Below, in pieces: positions 28,102 to 37,418 of a DNA stretch of 60,685 nt. Each line of letters opens with the position of its first letter. The stretch's first letter is position 1. The stretch is taken from positions 1 to 60,685 of the forward strand of contig ONFU01000001.1 in the NCBI GenBank assembly GCA_900317165.1, written 5' to 3'. The notes below the pieces were generated by a model. The model was not told the DNA's origin. It was given only the letters and a program-made list of their open reading frames with translations, and did no database searches. The DNA comes from an uncultured Erysipelotrichaceae bacterium (GTDB lineage: Bacteria; Bacillota_I; Bacilli_A; RFN20; CAG-826). A program made the position numbers and the translations under genes.

Positions 28102-28281
28102 ATGCCAAAGAAAGCAAAAGTCGATAACGATCTCTGCATCGGATGCGGACTCTGCGCCGCTGCCCACGGAGATATCTTCGAAATCGGTGATGACGGCAAA
28201 GCCGTTGCAGTCAACGAAGGCGAAGACGCCGATATCGCGGATGCCATCGAAAGCTGCCCAGTTCAGGCCATTTCCGAATAA
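28102..28281 (+). CDS. fer: Small 4Fe-4S ferredoxin
   Basis: CIGCGLCAA...CPVQAI. The start is at MPKKAK (AGGAG 7 nt upstream). Confidence 0.85.
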   Translation: MPKKAKVDNDLCIGCGLCAAAHGDIFEIGDDGKAVAVNEGEDADIADAIESCPVQAISE

Positions 28282-28299
28282 GCTATCCCTTAATGAAAT

Positions 28300-28326
28300 A
28301 ATCCCCTGCGAAAGGGGATTTTTCTT
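28300..28326 (+). terminator. Intrinsic terminator shared by convergent fer and parB
   Basis: atcccct-gcgaa-aggggat followed by TTTTCTTT. Confidence 0.75.
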
Positions 28327-29168
28327 TACTCGTTTTCGTTTCCAAGAAGCTTTTTCACAAAGGCTTCCTTTTCTTCTTCGCTCTCAAAGCGGAAGGTTAC
28401 CGATTTGGAGCGATCCCTTATTTCCTTGGCCCCGAACATCGAGGGGGTAAGCAAACTCTTGTTATTAGAATCTTTTGAAAGCATCTCCCTAACAAGGTAT
28501 TCGGTCTTGCCAACGGAAAGTTTCTCTTTCTTTATCCGTTTGGCAAAGGGCACCATATCCTCCGCGTTGAGGGAAGCGATAACTTTGCCATGTCCATAGG
28601 AAAGGTTTCCTAAACTTATCTCATCCTGGATTTCCTGAGGCAATTTAAGGATCCTGAGGATGTTCGTAACTTGCGGTCTAGAAATGTGGGACAAAGCAGA
28701 AAGCGTTTGATGCGTGTAGTCGAATTCATCGATCAAGGCCTTATAGACAAGAGCTATTTGGGGAGCTGGGCAATCCCTAGTATCACGATTATCCGCAAGG
28801 AGCATCAAAAGCTCTTCCTCATCGCTGACTTCGGCGATGACGCAGGGTAAGGAGACGATGCCGACCTTCTTCGCGGCAATGAATCTTTTACGGCCGAGTA
28901 TCAATTCATAACGTTCGCCTTTGCTACGGATGACAAGAGGGTTATAAAAACCCTTTTCCTTAAGCCCTTCGGCAAAGAAATCGATAACGTTCTTTTTGAT
29001 GGGAACGCTGGAAATATAGGAAGTATCGTCAATTAAGGACGTCGAAATGAGCCTGGTCGGAGAACTTGCGTACTCCTTTTCCATGACGGCGATGATGTTT
29101 TCTTGTGAAAACTTCTCGATTAGATCCTTTAAGGAAGAGGAAAGAAGGGACGAATTGTTATTCTTCAT
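28326..29168 (-). CDS. parB: ParB/Spo0J-family partition protein
   Basis: ParB box [20 protein letters not shown] and the [28 protein letters not shown]. Confidence 0.85.
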   Translation of the reverse strand: MKNNNSSLLSSSLKDLIEKFSQENIIAVMEKEYASSPTRLISTSLIDDTSYISSVPIKKNVIDFFAEGLKEKGFYNPLVIRSKGERYELILGRKRFIAAKKVGIVSLPCVIAEVSDEEELLMLLADNRDTRDCPAPQIALVYKALIDEFDYTHQTLSALSHISRPQVTNILRILKLPQEIQDEISLGNLSYGHGKVIASLNAEDMVPFAKRIKKEKLSVGKTEYLVREMLSKDSNNKSLLTPSMFGAKEIRDRSKSVTFRFESEEEKEAFVKKLLGNENE

Positions 29169-29928
29169 GGTCCATCACTTCCCGAGCTAAGGCGAAATAG
29201 GCGACGCTTCCTTGGGCGGAAGGGCGATAATGGACGACTGGCATATGTTTAGCTTGGGATTCCCCGACGGAAAGATTCCGAGGAATCGCGACCATGAAGG
29301 TATTTTCTTTGAAAAGGGAACGGACTTGCTCGGAGATTTCCTCGGCAAGACGGGTTTTGGCATCATACATCGTCAAGAGGAAACCCTCAATTTTCAAATC
29401 CTTGTTATGGTCTTGGCGGATCGTGTTTATCGTGGATAAGACTGACGCTAACCCTTCCATTGCGAAATATTCGCATTGGACGGGGACGATGCATGAATTC
29501 GCGGCTACCAAACCGTTGAGAGAAAGAATACCTAAAGACGGTGGGCAATCGATGATGATGTAATCGTAATCCCCCTCGATTTCGGATAGGACATCTTTAA
29601 GCATATAGAAGGGTCTTTCCCTAGGCGATTCAATCAAGGAAACCTCCAAAGACGCGAGGCGTATGTTTGAAATCGCTATATCAAGCTGAGGATACATCGA
29701 ATGGACGATGGCTTCTTTGATGCTCTTCTCACCAAGAAGGACTTCCCTCATTGTAATGGGAATTATGTTGATATCAATGCCAATGCCCCTGCCGGAATTC
29801 CCCTGGGGATCCAAATCCAATAAAAGAACCCTCCTCCCAAAATGGGCGAGAGCTGCCGAAAGGTTAATGGCGGTCGTGGTTTTTCCGACACCACCCTTTT
29901 GATTCGCGATAGAAATAACCTTTGCCAT
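29158..29928 (-). CDS. parA: ParA/Soj ATPase
   Basis: Deviant Walker [17 protein letters not shown]; 256 aa. Confidence 0.93.
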   Translation of the reverse strand: MAKVISIANQKGGVGKTTTAINLSAALAHFGRRVLLLDLDPQGNSGRGIGIDINIIPITMREVLLGEKSIKEAIVHSMYPQLDIAISNIRLASLEVSLIESPRERPFYMLKDVLSEIEGDYDYIIIDCPPSLGILSLNGLVAANSCIVPVQCEYFAMEGLASVLSTINTIRQDHNKDLKIEGFLLTMYDAKTRLAEEISEQVRSLFKENTFMVAIPRNLSVGESQAKHMPVVHYRPSAQGSVAYFALAREVMDHEE

Positions 29929-29960
29929 AATGACTATTTTATCCTAAAAACGATTTTTCC

Positions 29961-30662
29961 TCAAAGAGGATGCTTAATGATTTTTGCCCATTCACGGGGA
30001 TATTTAACAGGCGTGTTTTTATATTTGTTGAAGAGGAAATTCATACGCACGTCCCCGCTATTTGGCATAATCGTCTCGATGCGTTTGCCATAACGAAGGC
30101 CCAAAATTTTCAAAGCGTCGATCGCTTCTTTCATCTCCTCTTTTCCATTTTTTCCTTTCATGGCAATGACTTCCCCATGAACTTTAGCCAAAGGGGAGGC
30201 CACTTCGAGGAAAACATTCATTGAGGCGAATCCGCGGGAAGTAACGATATCGAAACTCTCCCTTTCTTCCTTCATATCTTCTACTCTGCCGACATGGAAA
30301 AAGACATTATCGAGTCCAAGGCTTTCCTTTATTTCCTCTAAAAAGAGGAATTTCTTCTTCGTGGCATCGATTAAGGTGACTTTCGCGGAAGGATAAGCCA
30401 AAGCCATAACCATTCCGGGAAAACCCGCCCCAGAACCGATGTCGGCGATGCTTTTATTGTTGAAATCAGTTAAGGCACAGGGAAGCAAGGAATCGTAGAA
30501 ATGTTTTAAAAAAACATCCTCTTCCTCGACGATGGAGGTAAGATTCATTCTTTCGTTCCATTCCTTTAGTTTTTGGGCATAAAGGGAAAGCTTATCAATA
30601 TCCAAATCGGGAAGATCGATTTTGACGGATCGAAGGGCATCAATCAGTTCTTCTTTCTTCAT
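29961..30662 (-). CDS. rsmG: 16S rRNA (guanine527-N7)-methyltransferase
   Basis: DIGSGAGFPGMVMAL SAM motif and the GidB pattern. It overlaps the mnmG stop. Confidence 0.9.
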   Translation of the reverse strand: MKKEELIDALRSVKIDLPDLDIDKLSLYAQKLKEWNERMNLTSIVEEEDVFLKHFYDSLLPCALTDFNNKSIADIGSGAGFPGMVMALAYPSAKVTLIDATKKKFLFLEEIKESLGLDNVFFHVGRVEDMKEERESFDIVTSRGFASMNVFLEVASPLAKVHGEVIAMKGKNGKEEMKEAIDALKILGLRYGKRIETIMPNSGDVRMNFLFNKYKNTPVKYPREWAKIIKHPL

Positions 30663-32533
30663 GCTTTCCTTTCCTTCCTTAAATAAAGCAACAAGATGGA
30701 TAAATCCGCAGGATTAACCCCTGGAATTCGAGAAGCTTGGGCAAGGGTCAAAGGGCGCACCATATTGAGTTTCTGCCTTGCCTCTAACCTTAGACCATCG
30801 ATATGAAGATAATCTAAATCGGTCGGCAAGGAAATACCTTCGGCTTTGATAAGGCGGTCGGCTTCCCTTCTTTGCTTCTCCAAATAACCTTCAAATTTGA
30901 CTACCGTTTCCAAGGATAATACGGAATCGGGGGTCAATTTTATATCTTTGAGGGCAGAGCATAATGGGGCAATTTCGTTATAGGAAAAAGTTGGTCTTTT
31001 AAGAATCTCAATACCTTTAAATCCTTGGTTATCATATTCAAAGCCATGCGATTCCATCAATTTCCTCAAACCATCCTTATCATCGATGTTATTTGAGGAA
31101 AGAATATCGATAGCCTTATGGATATTCTCTTGTTTTTCTTTGAAAGCGGCGTAGCGGTCTTCCTTTAATAGACCGACATCATGGCCGTATTCGCTAAGTC
31201 TAGCATCCGCATTATCATGGCGAAGCAAAAGACGGTATTCCGCCCTAGAGGAAAGAAGGCGGTAAGGCTCATCGATTCCTTTAGTTACCAAATCATCGAT
31301 CATAACACCTATATAAGCTTCGTTTCTTTTCAAAATTAAAGGGGGCCTGTTACCGATTTTGAGGCAAGCGTTGATTCCTGCCATCAAACCGAGACCTGCC
31401 GCTTCTTCATATCCGCTCGTGCCGATAACTTGACCAGCAGCATATAAACCTTGGTACTTCTTCGATTCAAGTGTCGCGGTGAATTCGGTTGGGATAATCG
31501 CGTCATATTCTATTTGATAGGCATACTTAAGAAGTTTGGCGTTTTCCAATCCAGGAAGCGAATGGACCATTTCTTCTTGGACTTCAACCGGTAAGCCGGT
31601 GGAAAAGCCCTGCAGGTAATATGAATCGTTATCGAGGTATTCCGGTTCAAGGAATAGTTGATGACGTGGCTTATCCGCAAAACGCGTTATTTTACTTTCG
31701 ATCGAAGGGCAATAACGAGGACCTATGCCAACGATTGAACCATCGAAGAGGCTTGATTCACTTAAATGATCCATGATGATCTTATGGGTTTTCTCATTCG
31801 TATAGATCAAATGGCATGGCAATTGCTCGGAAAGAGGCGTGCTCTTTTGATTGGAGAAAGAGAAACAAAGGACATCCTCGGAACCAAGTTGGATTTCCGC
31901 TTTTGAGAAATCGATGGTTTTCTTGTCTAGCCTAGGCGGAGTTCCTGTCTTTAACCTAATGAGTTCCAAACCCATATCGCGCAAGGCATCGCTTAAACCA
32001 ATGGAGGCCTTTTCCCCATCTGGACCGCCATCGAAATGTTCTCTTCCGCGGAAGATTCTAGCATTCAAATATGTCCCTCCAGTTAGGATTATAGCGGAAC
32101 CATGTATCGATTTTCCGCTTTTGGTCATAACTCCATAAACGCGGTTTTCATCATGAAGAAGCGAGGCGACTTCGTCTTCTAAAATGGTGAGGTTTGGCAA
32201 TTCTTCCAAGGTCTTTTGGATAAAGGCTGGATAAAGGTGTTTGTCTTGTTGTGACCTAAGGCATTGAACCGCGGGTCCTTTGCCCGTATTTAACATTTTT
32301 ATCTGCAATGGCCTTTGGTCTGCGGCGATGCCCATTAGACCACCTAAAGCATCAACTTCCCTAACGACCACGCCTTTCGCGCTGCCTCCAATATGAGGAT
32401 TGCAAGGCATATTCGCTATCATCTTTTTGTTGAGGGTGATAAGGAGGGTCTTTTTGCCTAAATTCGCTGAGGAAAAAGAGGCCTCAACCCCGGCATGTCC
32501 CCCACCAATGACGATGATATCGAAATTGTCCAT
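30659..32533 (-). CDS. mnmG: tRNA uridine 5-carboxymethylaminomethyl modification enzyme MnmG
   Basis: DIIVIGGGHAGVEA FAD motif and a full-length GidA pattern; 624 aa. Confidence 0.97.
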   Translation of the reverse strand: MDNFDIIVIGGGHAGVEASFSSANLGKKTLLITLNKKMIANMPCNPHIGGSAKGVVVREVDALGGLMGIAADQRPLQIKMLNTGKGPAVQCLRSQQDKHLYPAFIQKTLEELPNLTILEDEVASLLHDENRVYGVMTKSGKSIHGSAIILTGGTYLNARIFRGREHFDGGPDGEKASIGLSDALRDMGLELIRLKTGTPPRLDKKTIDFSKAEIQLGSEDVLCFSFSNQKSTPLSEQLPCHLIYTNEKTHKIIMDHLSESSLFDGSIVGIGPRYCPSIESKITRFADKPRHQLFLEPEYLDNDSYYLQGFSTGLPVEVQEEMVHSLPGLENAKLLKYAYQIEYDAIIPTEFTATLESKKYQGLYAAGQVIGTSGYEEAAGLGLMAGINACLKIGNRPPLILKRNEAYIGVMIDDLVTKGIDEPYRLLSSRAEYRLLLRHDNADARLSEYGHDVGLLKEDRYAAFKEKQENIHKAIDILSSNNIDDKDGLRKLMESHGFEYDNQGFKGIEILKRPTFSYNEIAPLCSALKDIKLTPDSVLSLETVVKFEGYLEKQRREADRLIKAEGISLPTDLDYLHIDGLRLEARQKLNMVRPLTLAQASRIPGVNPADLSILLLYLRKERKA

Positions 32534-32540
32534 GGTGTCT

Positions 32541-33953
32541 CTAACCCACCGATCCGCTCATATCCATTTTAATGAGCTGGTTCAACTCGACCGCATATTC
32601 CATCGGGAGTTCTTTGGAGAATGGCTCAATGAAGCCCATAATTATCATCTGGGTCGCGTCTTTTTCGGAAATGCCGCGGCTTTGGAGATAGAAAAGCTGG
32701 TCCTCGGAAATTTTGGAGACAGTGGCCTCATGTTCGAGGAACGATTCGTTGTTCTTGATTTCGTTTTTCGGATAGGTGTCAGATTTGGAGATGTTATCAA
32801 GGATGAGGGTATCACATTCGACGTGGGACTTTGCTCCCGTCGCATCTTTTTTCACGCGGACCGTGCCTCGATAATTGGCTACTCCGCCGTTTCTGACAAT
32901 TGATTTGGAGATAATCGTGGAGGAAGTGTCTTTTCCTTCATGAATCATCCTCGCTCCGGCGTCTTGGTATTGCCCTTTGGAACCTACCGCGATGGTGATG
33001 CAGCTTCCTTTGGCCCTATCTCCTTTTAATACGCAGCAAGGATATTTCATGGTTATCATGGATCCAATGTTGCCATCGACCCATTCCATAAGGCCATCTT
33101 CCTCAACCAAAGCCCTTTGGGTGACGAGGTTAAGGATGTTGTTGGACCAGTTTTGGATGGTCGAGTAACGGCATTTGGCGCCTTTGCCAACATAGATTTC
33201 GACGACGCCAGTATGGAATGAATCCTTGCTATATTGAGGGGCGGTGCAGCCTTCAACATAATGGAGGTCGGCCCCATCATCTACGATTATGAGGGTGCGT
33301 TCGAATTGGCCGGTTTTTTCATTGTTGATTCTGAAATATGACTGCAGGGGTTTCTCCAAATGAACTCCCTTAGGTACATAAACGAAAGATCCGCCTGACC
33401 AAGTCGCCCCATTAAGCGCGGCGAATTTGTTATCGCCGATTGGGATGACTTTATTGAAATACTTTTTGAATAAATCGGGGTAAAGTTTCAAGCCCATCTC
33501 GGTGGAAAGAAAGATGACGCCTTTCTCCTCGACTTCCTTAAGCATATTGTGATAGACGACTTCCGATTCATATTGGGTAGAGACGCCGGCAAGGTATTTT
33601 TGCTCGGCTTCCGGGATTCCAAGACGTTCAAAGGTGTTCTTGACGGTTTCTGGAACATCTTCCCAAGAGGAGGATTCGCGGTCAGAGACCCTTGTGAAAT
33701 AGGTGTAATCATCAAAATCCATGAAGGAAAGATCCGGACCATAGGAAGGCATAGGCAAAGCCCTAAAAGCCTTAAGGGCCCTTAAGCGGAAATCAAGCAT
33801 CCATTCGGGTTCGTTTTTGGCCGCGGATATTGCCCTGACGACCTCTTCCGATAGTCCTTTTCCCGTGGTGAAAATTGATACGTCTTCATCATGGAAGCCG
33901 TATTCGTATTCCTTTTCTTCGAAAGGCAAAGATGAATCCTTATTTTCCTTCAT
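32541..33953 (-). CDS. sufB: Fe-S cluster assembly protein SufB
   Basis: 470 aa with the typical SufB C-terminal beta-helix region and [20 protein letters not shown]. Confidence 0.95.
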   Translation of the reverse strand: MKENKDSSLPFEEKEYEYGFHDEDVSIFTTGKGLSEEVVRAISAAKNEPEWMLDFRLRALKAFRALPMPSYGPDLSFMDFDDYTYFTRVSDRESSSWEDVPETVKNTFERLGIPEAEQKYLAGVSTQYESEVVYHNMLKEVEEKGVIFLSTEMGLKLYPDLFKKYFNKVIPIGDNKFAALNGATWSGGSFVYVPKGVHLEKPLQSYFRINNEKTGQFERTLIIVDDGADLHYVEGCTAPQYSKDSFHTGVVEIYVGKGAKCRYSTIQNWSNNILNLVTQRALVEEDGLMEWVDGNIGSMITMKYPCCVLKGDRAKGSCITIAVGSKGQYQDAGARMIHEGKDTSSTIISKSIVRNGGVANYRGTVRVKKDATGAKSHVECDTLILDNISKSDTYPKNEIKNNESFLEHEATVSKISEDQLFYLQSRGISEKDATQMIIMGFIEPFSKELPMEYAVELNQLIKMDMSGSVG

Positions 33954-34395
33954 CGTGATTGTGTCCTTTCAAAAGGTTGAGGAAAGCATCCCAACCGATG
34001 GTTGCACAGTGGATACGGGCGGCTTGTTTGGAGGTATTCATAAAGGCAAGGGCCTCTTCCAAGACAGAAGAATCGTAGGGCTCTTCATGAATCATCGCGT
34101 TATATTGGGCAATTAAATATTCGGCTTCCTCTTTTTTCTTGCCGATAAGAAGATCGCAGAGGATATCGCTAGAGGCCGTGGAAATCGCGCAGGCAACACC
34201 ATTCCAGCAAGCGTCTTTGACCACCTCGTTTTCCATTTTCAAATAGACGTCAATATCATCGATACAATTGACAGAAGACGAATGAACGGTGGCGAAATCT
34301 TGAGAAACGGGGGTCATTTTATGCCTTGGAGAGGAATAATGATCCATGATTATTTCACGCATTATTTCAGGGGTTAATTCAATTGAAGTAGGCAT
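33940..34395 (-). CDS. sufU: SufU-type sulfur-transfer/scaffold protein
   Basis: [11 protein letters not shown], conserved Cys residues ([21 protein letters not shown]). The start is at MPTSIE (AAAGGAG 9 nt upstream). Confidence 0.85.
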   Translation of the reverse strand: MPTSIELTPEIMREIIMDHYSSPRHKMTPVSQDFATVHSSSVNCIDDIDVYLKMENEVVKDACWNGVACAISTASSDILCDLLIGKKKEEAEYLIAQYNAMIHEEPYDSSVLEEALAFMNTSKQAARIHCATIGWDAFLNLLKGHNHDEGK

Positions 34396-35620
34396 TGAGA
34401 TATTCTCCTTTGCATTTCTTGACCGCCTCAACTAGGCAATCGATTTCTTCCTTCGTCGTATAGAAATAGAAGGACGCGCGCACGGTCGCGACTGTTTTGA
34501 GGAAATCGTTAAGGATCTTCGCGCAGTGCTGACCGCTTCTAACCGCGATACCACGCGAATTAAAATAGGTCGCGGCATCCTGGGCGAAAACCCCATCGAC
34601 GTTGAAGGTAACGATCCCGGCTTCACTATCTTCGTTATAGATGGTCACGACACCGGTCTTCTTTAATTTCTCGACGCAATATTTCTTCAACTCGCGCTCA
34701 TGCTCGTTGATGTTATCCATACCAAGCGCGGATATGTATTCGATCGCGGCCTTTAAACCAATGATACCTTCAAGGTTTTGTGTTCCAGCCTCAAATCTCA
34801 TCGGAGGCTCGAGGAACGAGGCGTCTCCGCACATGTCGAATTTGACGTTATTGCCGCCTCCGCTCATGAATGGATCCATTTTTTCGAGCAATTCATATTT
34901 GCCATAAAGAACCCCGATGCCTGTTGGACCACAGAGTTTATGTCCGGAGAAAGAAAGGAAATCGCAATCCAAATCCTTAACATCTATCTTCATATGGGGA
35001 ACGGATTGGGCGCCATCGACAACGAGAATGATACCTTTCTCATGACAAAGTTTGGCGATTTCCTTAATTGGAGCGACAAAACCAAGGACGTTTGTAACTT
35101 GGGCGATAGCTATGATTTTCGTTTTTTCGTTTATGGAGGCTTTGACGTTTTCAACGCTTAGCCTTCCATCTTCATCAAGAGGGATAAAACCAATGTTACA
35201 GCCTTTGACTTCCTTAACCTTATACCAAGGTAAGACGTTGGAAGCATGTTCGGCTTCGGTTAGAAGGATCTCATCCCCTTCTTTCAAATACTTCATCGCA
35301 TACCCATAAGCGACTAGGTTTATGGAGGCCGTGGTACCCGAGGTGAAGACGATTTCAGTCTTTTTGGAATTGATGAATGAAGCAACGACCTCACGGGTTT
35401 CCATCACAACTTTGTCCATAGCAAAACAAAGGTCATAATCACCGCGATGAGAGTTGCTTGTAGCGTCGGTGTAATAATAATTTATGGCATCGATAACTTG
35501 CTTTGGCTTAAAGGTGGTCGAAGCGTTATCAAGCCAAACCAAAGGCTTTCCCTGCATCTTCTTATTAGGATTTAGCATCGGGAAATCAGAACGAATTTTT
35601 TTAATTTCGTAACCGTTCAT
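34379..35620 (-). CDS. sufS: Cysteine desulfurase SufS
   Basis: The PLP lysine motif SFSGHKLCGPTGIGVLY and the active-site loop RSGQHCA. Confidence 0.95.
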   Translation of the reverse strand: MNGYEIKKIRSDFPMLNPNKKMQGKPLVWLDNASTTFKPKQVIDAINYYYTDATSNSHRGDYDLCFAMDKVVMETREVVASFINSKKTEIVFTSGTTASINLVAYGYAMKYLKEGDEILLTEAEHASNVLPWYKVKEVKGCNIGFIPLDEDGRLSVENVKASINEKTKIIAIAQVTNVLGFVAPIKEIAKLCHEKGIILVVDGAQSVPHMKIDVKDLDCDFLSFSGHKLCGPTGIGVLYGKYELLEKMDPFMSGGGNNVKFDMCGDASFLEPPMRFEAGTQNLEGIIGLKAAIEYISALGMDNINEHERELKKYCVEKLKKTGVVTIYNEDSEAGIVTFNVDGVFAQDAATYFNSRGIAVRSGQHCAKILNDFLKTVATVRASFYFYTTKEEIDCLVEAVKKCKGEYLNAYFN

Positions 35621-36294
35621 ACCCTCTCCTCAATCCGTTTGACGATAGCTTCCTTAATGGATTCATCATCAACATAATTCACAATGGGTTTTAGATACCC
35701 AAGAACGATAAGTTTCTTTGCCTCTTCCTTGGTCAAACCGCGACTCGTTAGGTAGAAAAGATGGTCGTCATTGACCCTGCCTACACTAGCGGCATGTGAG
35801 GCTTCAATCTCGTTTTCCTCGATTTTCAAAACAGGGGAACAGAACCCTTGGGAATAACGATCGAAGAGAATTGCTTTAGCCTCTTGCCTTGTCGATGAAC
35901 CTATGGATTCCTTCTCAATTTTGCTTGCGCCTTCGAAGCGGATCACGCCATGGTCGGCAGCAATTCCATAACAGGAAACCAAGGATTTACCAGCACGCCC
36001 TTTATGGAAGGCATTTACTTCAAAACGCTTGTTTTCATTGACGGAACAATAAGATGCGCAATGGAAATCAAAATTCGCGTTTTCACCGTTCAAATAAACG
36101 TCGATTACAACCTCTCCTGTCCAAGAACCGAAGTCTGCAAAAGCCACAGCAAAACTCGCATTATTTTCTAAAACTGCAGAGATTTTGCAGGGTTTTCCAC
36201 TTTCGAGAGTAACTATGTTTAGAGATAGTTTTTCACCTTCTCCGACAACAAAGTTTTCATCGACGATTTGATTATCAATTCTAATTAACGCCAT
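35617..36294 (-). CDS. sufD: SufD-like Fe-S assembly protein, short form (225 aa)
   Basis: Position between sufC and sufS, and a C-terminal EASHAASVGRVNDDHLFYLTSRGL motif shared with SufB/SufD. Confidence 0.75.
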   Translation of the reverse strand: MALIRIDNQIVDENFVVGEGEKLSLNIVTLESGKPCKISAVLENNASFAVAFADFGSWTGEVVIDVYLNGENANFDFHCASYCSVNENKRFEVNAFHKGRAGKSLVSCYGIAADHGVIRFEGASKIEKESIGSSTRQEAKAILFDRYSQGFCSPVLKIEENEIEASHAASVGRVNDDHLFYLTSRGLTKEEAKKLIVLGYLKPIVNYVDDESIKEAIVKRIEERV

Positions 36295-36300
36295 AAAGGT

Positions 36301-37131
36301 TTATTTTCCTTCTCCTTCGATAGCGCTTCTCGTAACGCAGACACCGATTGAGACATCGTTAAGTGAAGGGTCTTCCTTCTCAACGGAAATACCAAGTTCG
36401 GTCTTAATCCATTCGTATCCTTTTGTGTCAACCTTAGTGATGAGTTCAGGTCCTCCGCTAACAGCGATTCTGCCATTGATCATGATGGCGGCACGCGTTG
36501 GATTGATCATGGTGTAGAGCCTTGCATAATGGGAAATGACCAAGAAGCCCTTTCCCTTTTTTTGTTCTTCTTCAATGGCTTTTGCGACTATCCTCATCGC
36601 ATCGACATCAAGTCCTGAATCAATCTCGTCGAGGAAGGCGAAAGTCGGATTAAGGAGTTTCATTTGGAGGATCTCGTTACGCTTTTTCTCGCCTCCGGAG
36701 AAGCCTTCATTAAGATTTCTCTTGCTCATTTCGAAAGGCATTCCCATTTCTTCATAAGCGGATTCGAGGGCTTTGTAAAATTGGAAGAAGCTCATTGGCT
36801 TTTCCCTTCTTACATTCATCGCGGCCTTATAGAAATCCGCGGAGTTGACCCCCTGGATTTCAACCGGATTTTGCATCGCGAGGAATAGTCCAGCCCTGCT
36901 TCTTTCATCGACTGACATCGCAAGAACGTCATGCCCGTCAAGAAGGACTTCACCCTTATCGATGGTGAAGTTTGGGTTGCCCATAATCGCGGCGAGAAGG
37001 GTTGATTTTCCATGGCCGTTTGGACCAAGCAAAGCCAGGGTCTCCCCCTCGTTCAATTCGAGGTTTACTCCCTTGAGAATTCTTTTGCCCTTCACCGAGA
37101 CGTGAAGGTCTTTGATCGTTAATGTTGCCAT
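36301..37131 (-). CDS. sufC: Fe-S cluster assembly ATPase SufC
   Basis: LGPNGHGKSTL, LNEGFSGGEKKRNEILQ and FAFLDEIDSGLD motifs. The start is at MATLTIKDL (AGGAGG 7 nt upstream). Confidence 0.95.
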   Translation of the reverse strand: MATLTIKDLHVSVKGKRILKGVNLELNEGETLALLGPNGHGKSTLLAAIMGNPNFTIDKGEVLLDGHDVLAMSVDERSRAGLFLAMQNPVEIQGVNSADFYKAAMNVRREKPMSFFQFYKALESAYEEMGMPFEMSKRNLNEGFSGGEKKRNEILQMKLLNPTFAFLDEIDSGLDVDAMRIVAKAIEEEQKKGKGFLVISHYARLYTMINPTRAAIMINGRIAVSGGPELITKVDTKGYEWIKTELGISVEKEDPSLNDVSIGVCVTRSAIEGEGK

Positions 37132-37228
37132 GGCCCTTCCTCCTAGCCGCCATATCATAGTCTTGCGCCAAACTTTGGACAACAAAAGTGATAATCCAAA
37201 AATGACTTTTTTGTCTTTTTCCCTTTTT

Positions 37229-37244
37229 CAAAGATTAATCTTTG
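37229..37244. promoter_or_regulatory. Perfect 16-bp palindrome CAAAGATTAATCTTTG in the divergent suf/prsA intergenic region (candidate operator)
   Basis: The sequence is its own reverse complement. It lies ~85-115 nt upstream of the sufC start and ~175 nt upstream of the lipoprotein start. Confidence 0.3.
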
Positions 37245-37418
37245 TCTTCAAATTCCCACCAAATCGGGCTTTTCCATTGACAATTCTCCCATCAAACACC
37301 ATGAAAACACAAAGAAAACTATTGTTTTCGGGGAAGTAATTTATTGTTGTATCTAGACTACTGAAAGTATATACTTTCGCCGCATGTCTATGCAAAGACA
37401 CAGGAGGAAATGAGTTAC

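Noticed and set aside
28326-29960. Search for parS (TGTTNCACGTGAAACA) in and around parAB
   Set aside because: I saw no CACGTG-centred match by eye, so I make no parS call. A computational scan allowing mismatches would be needed.
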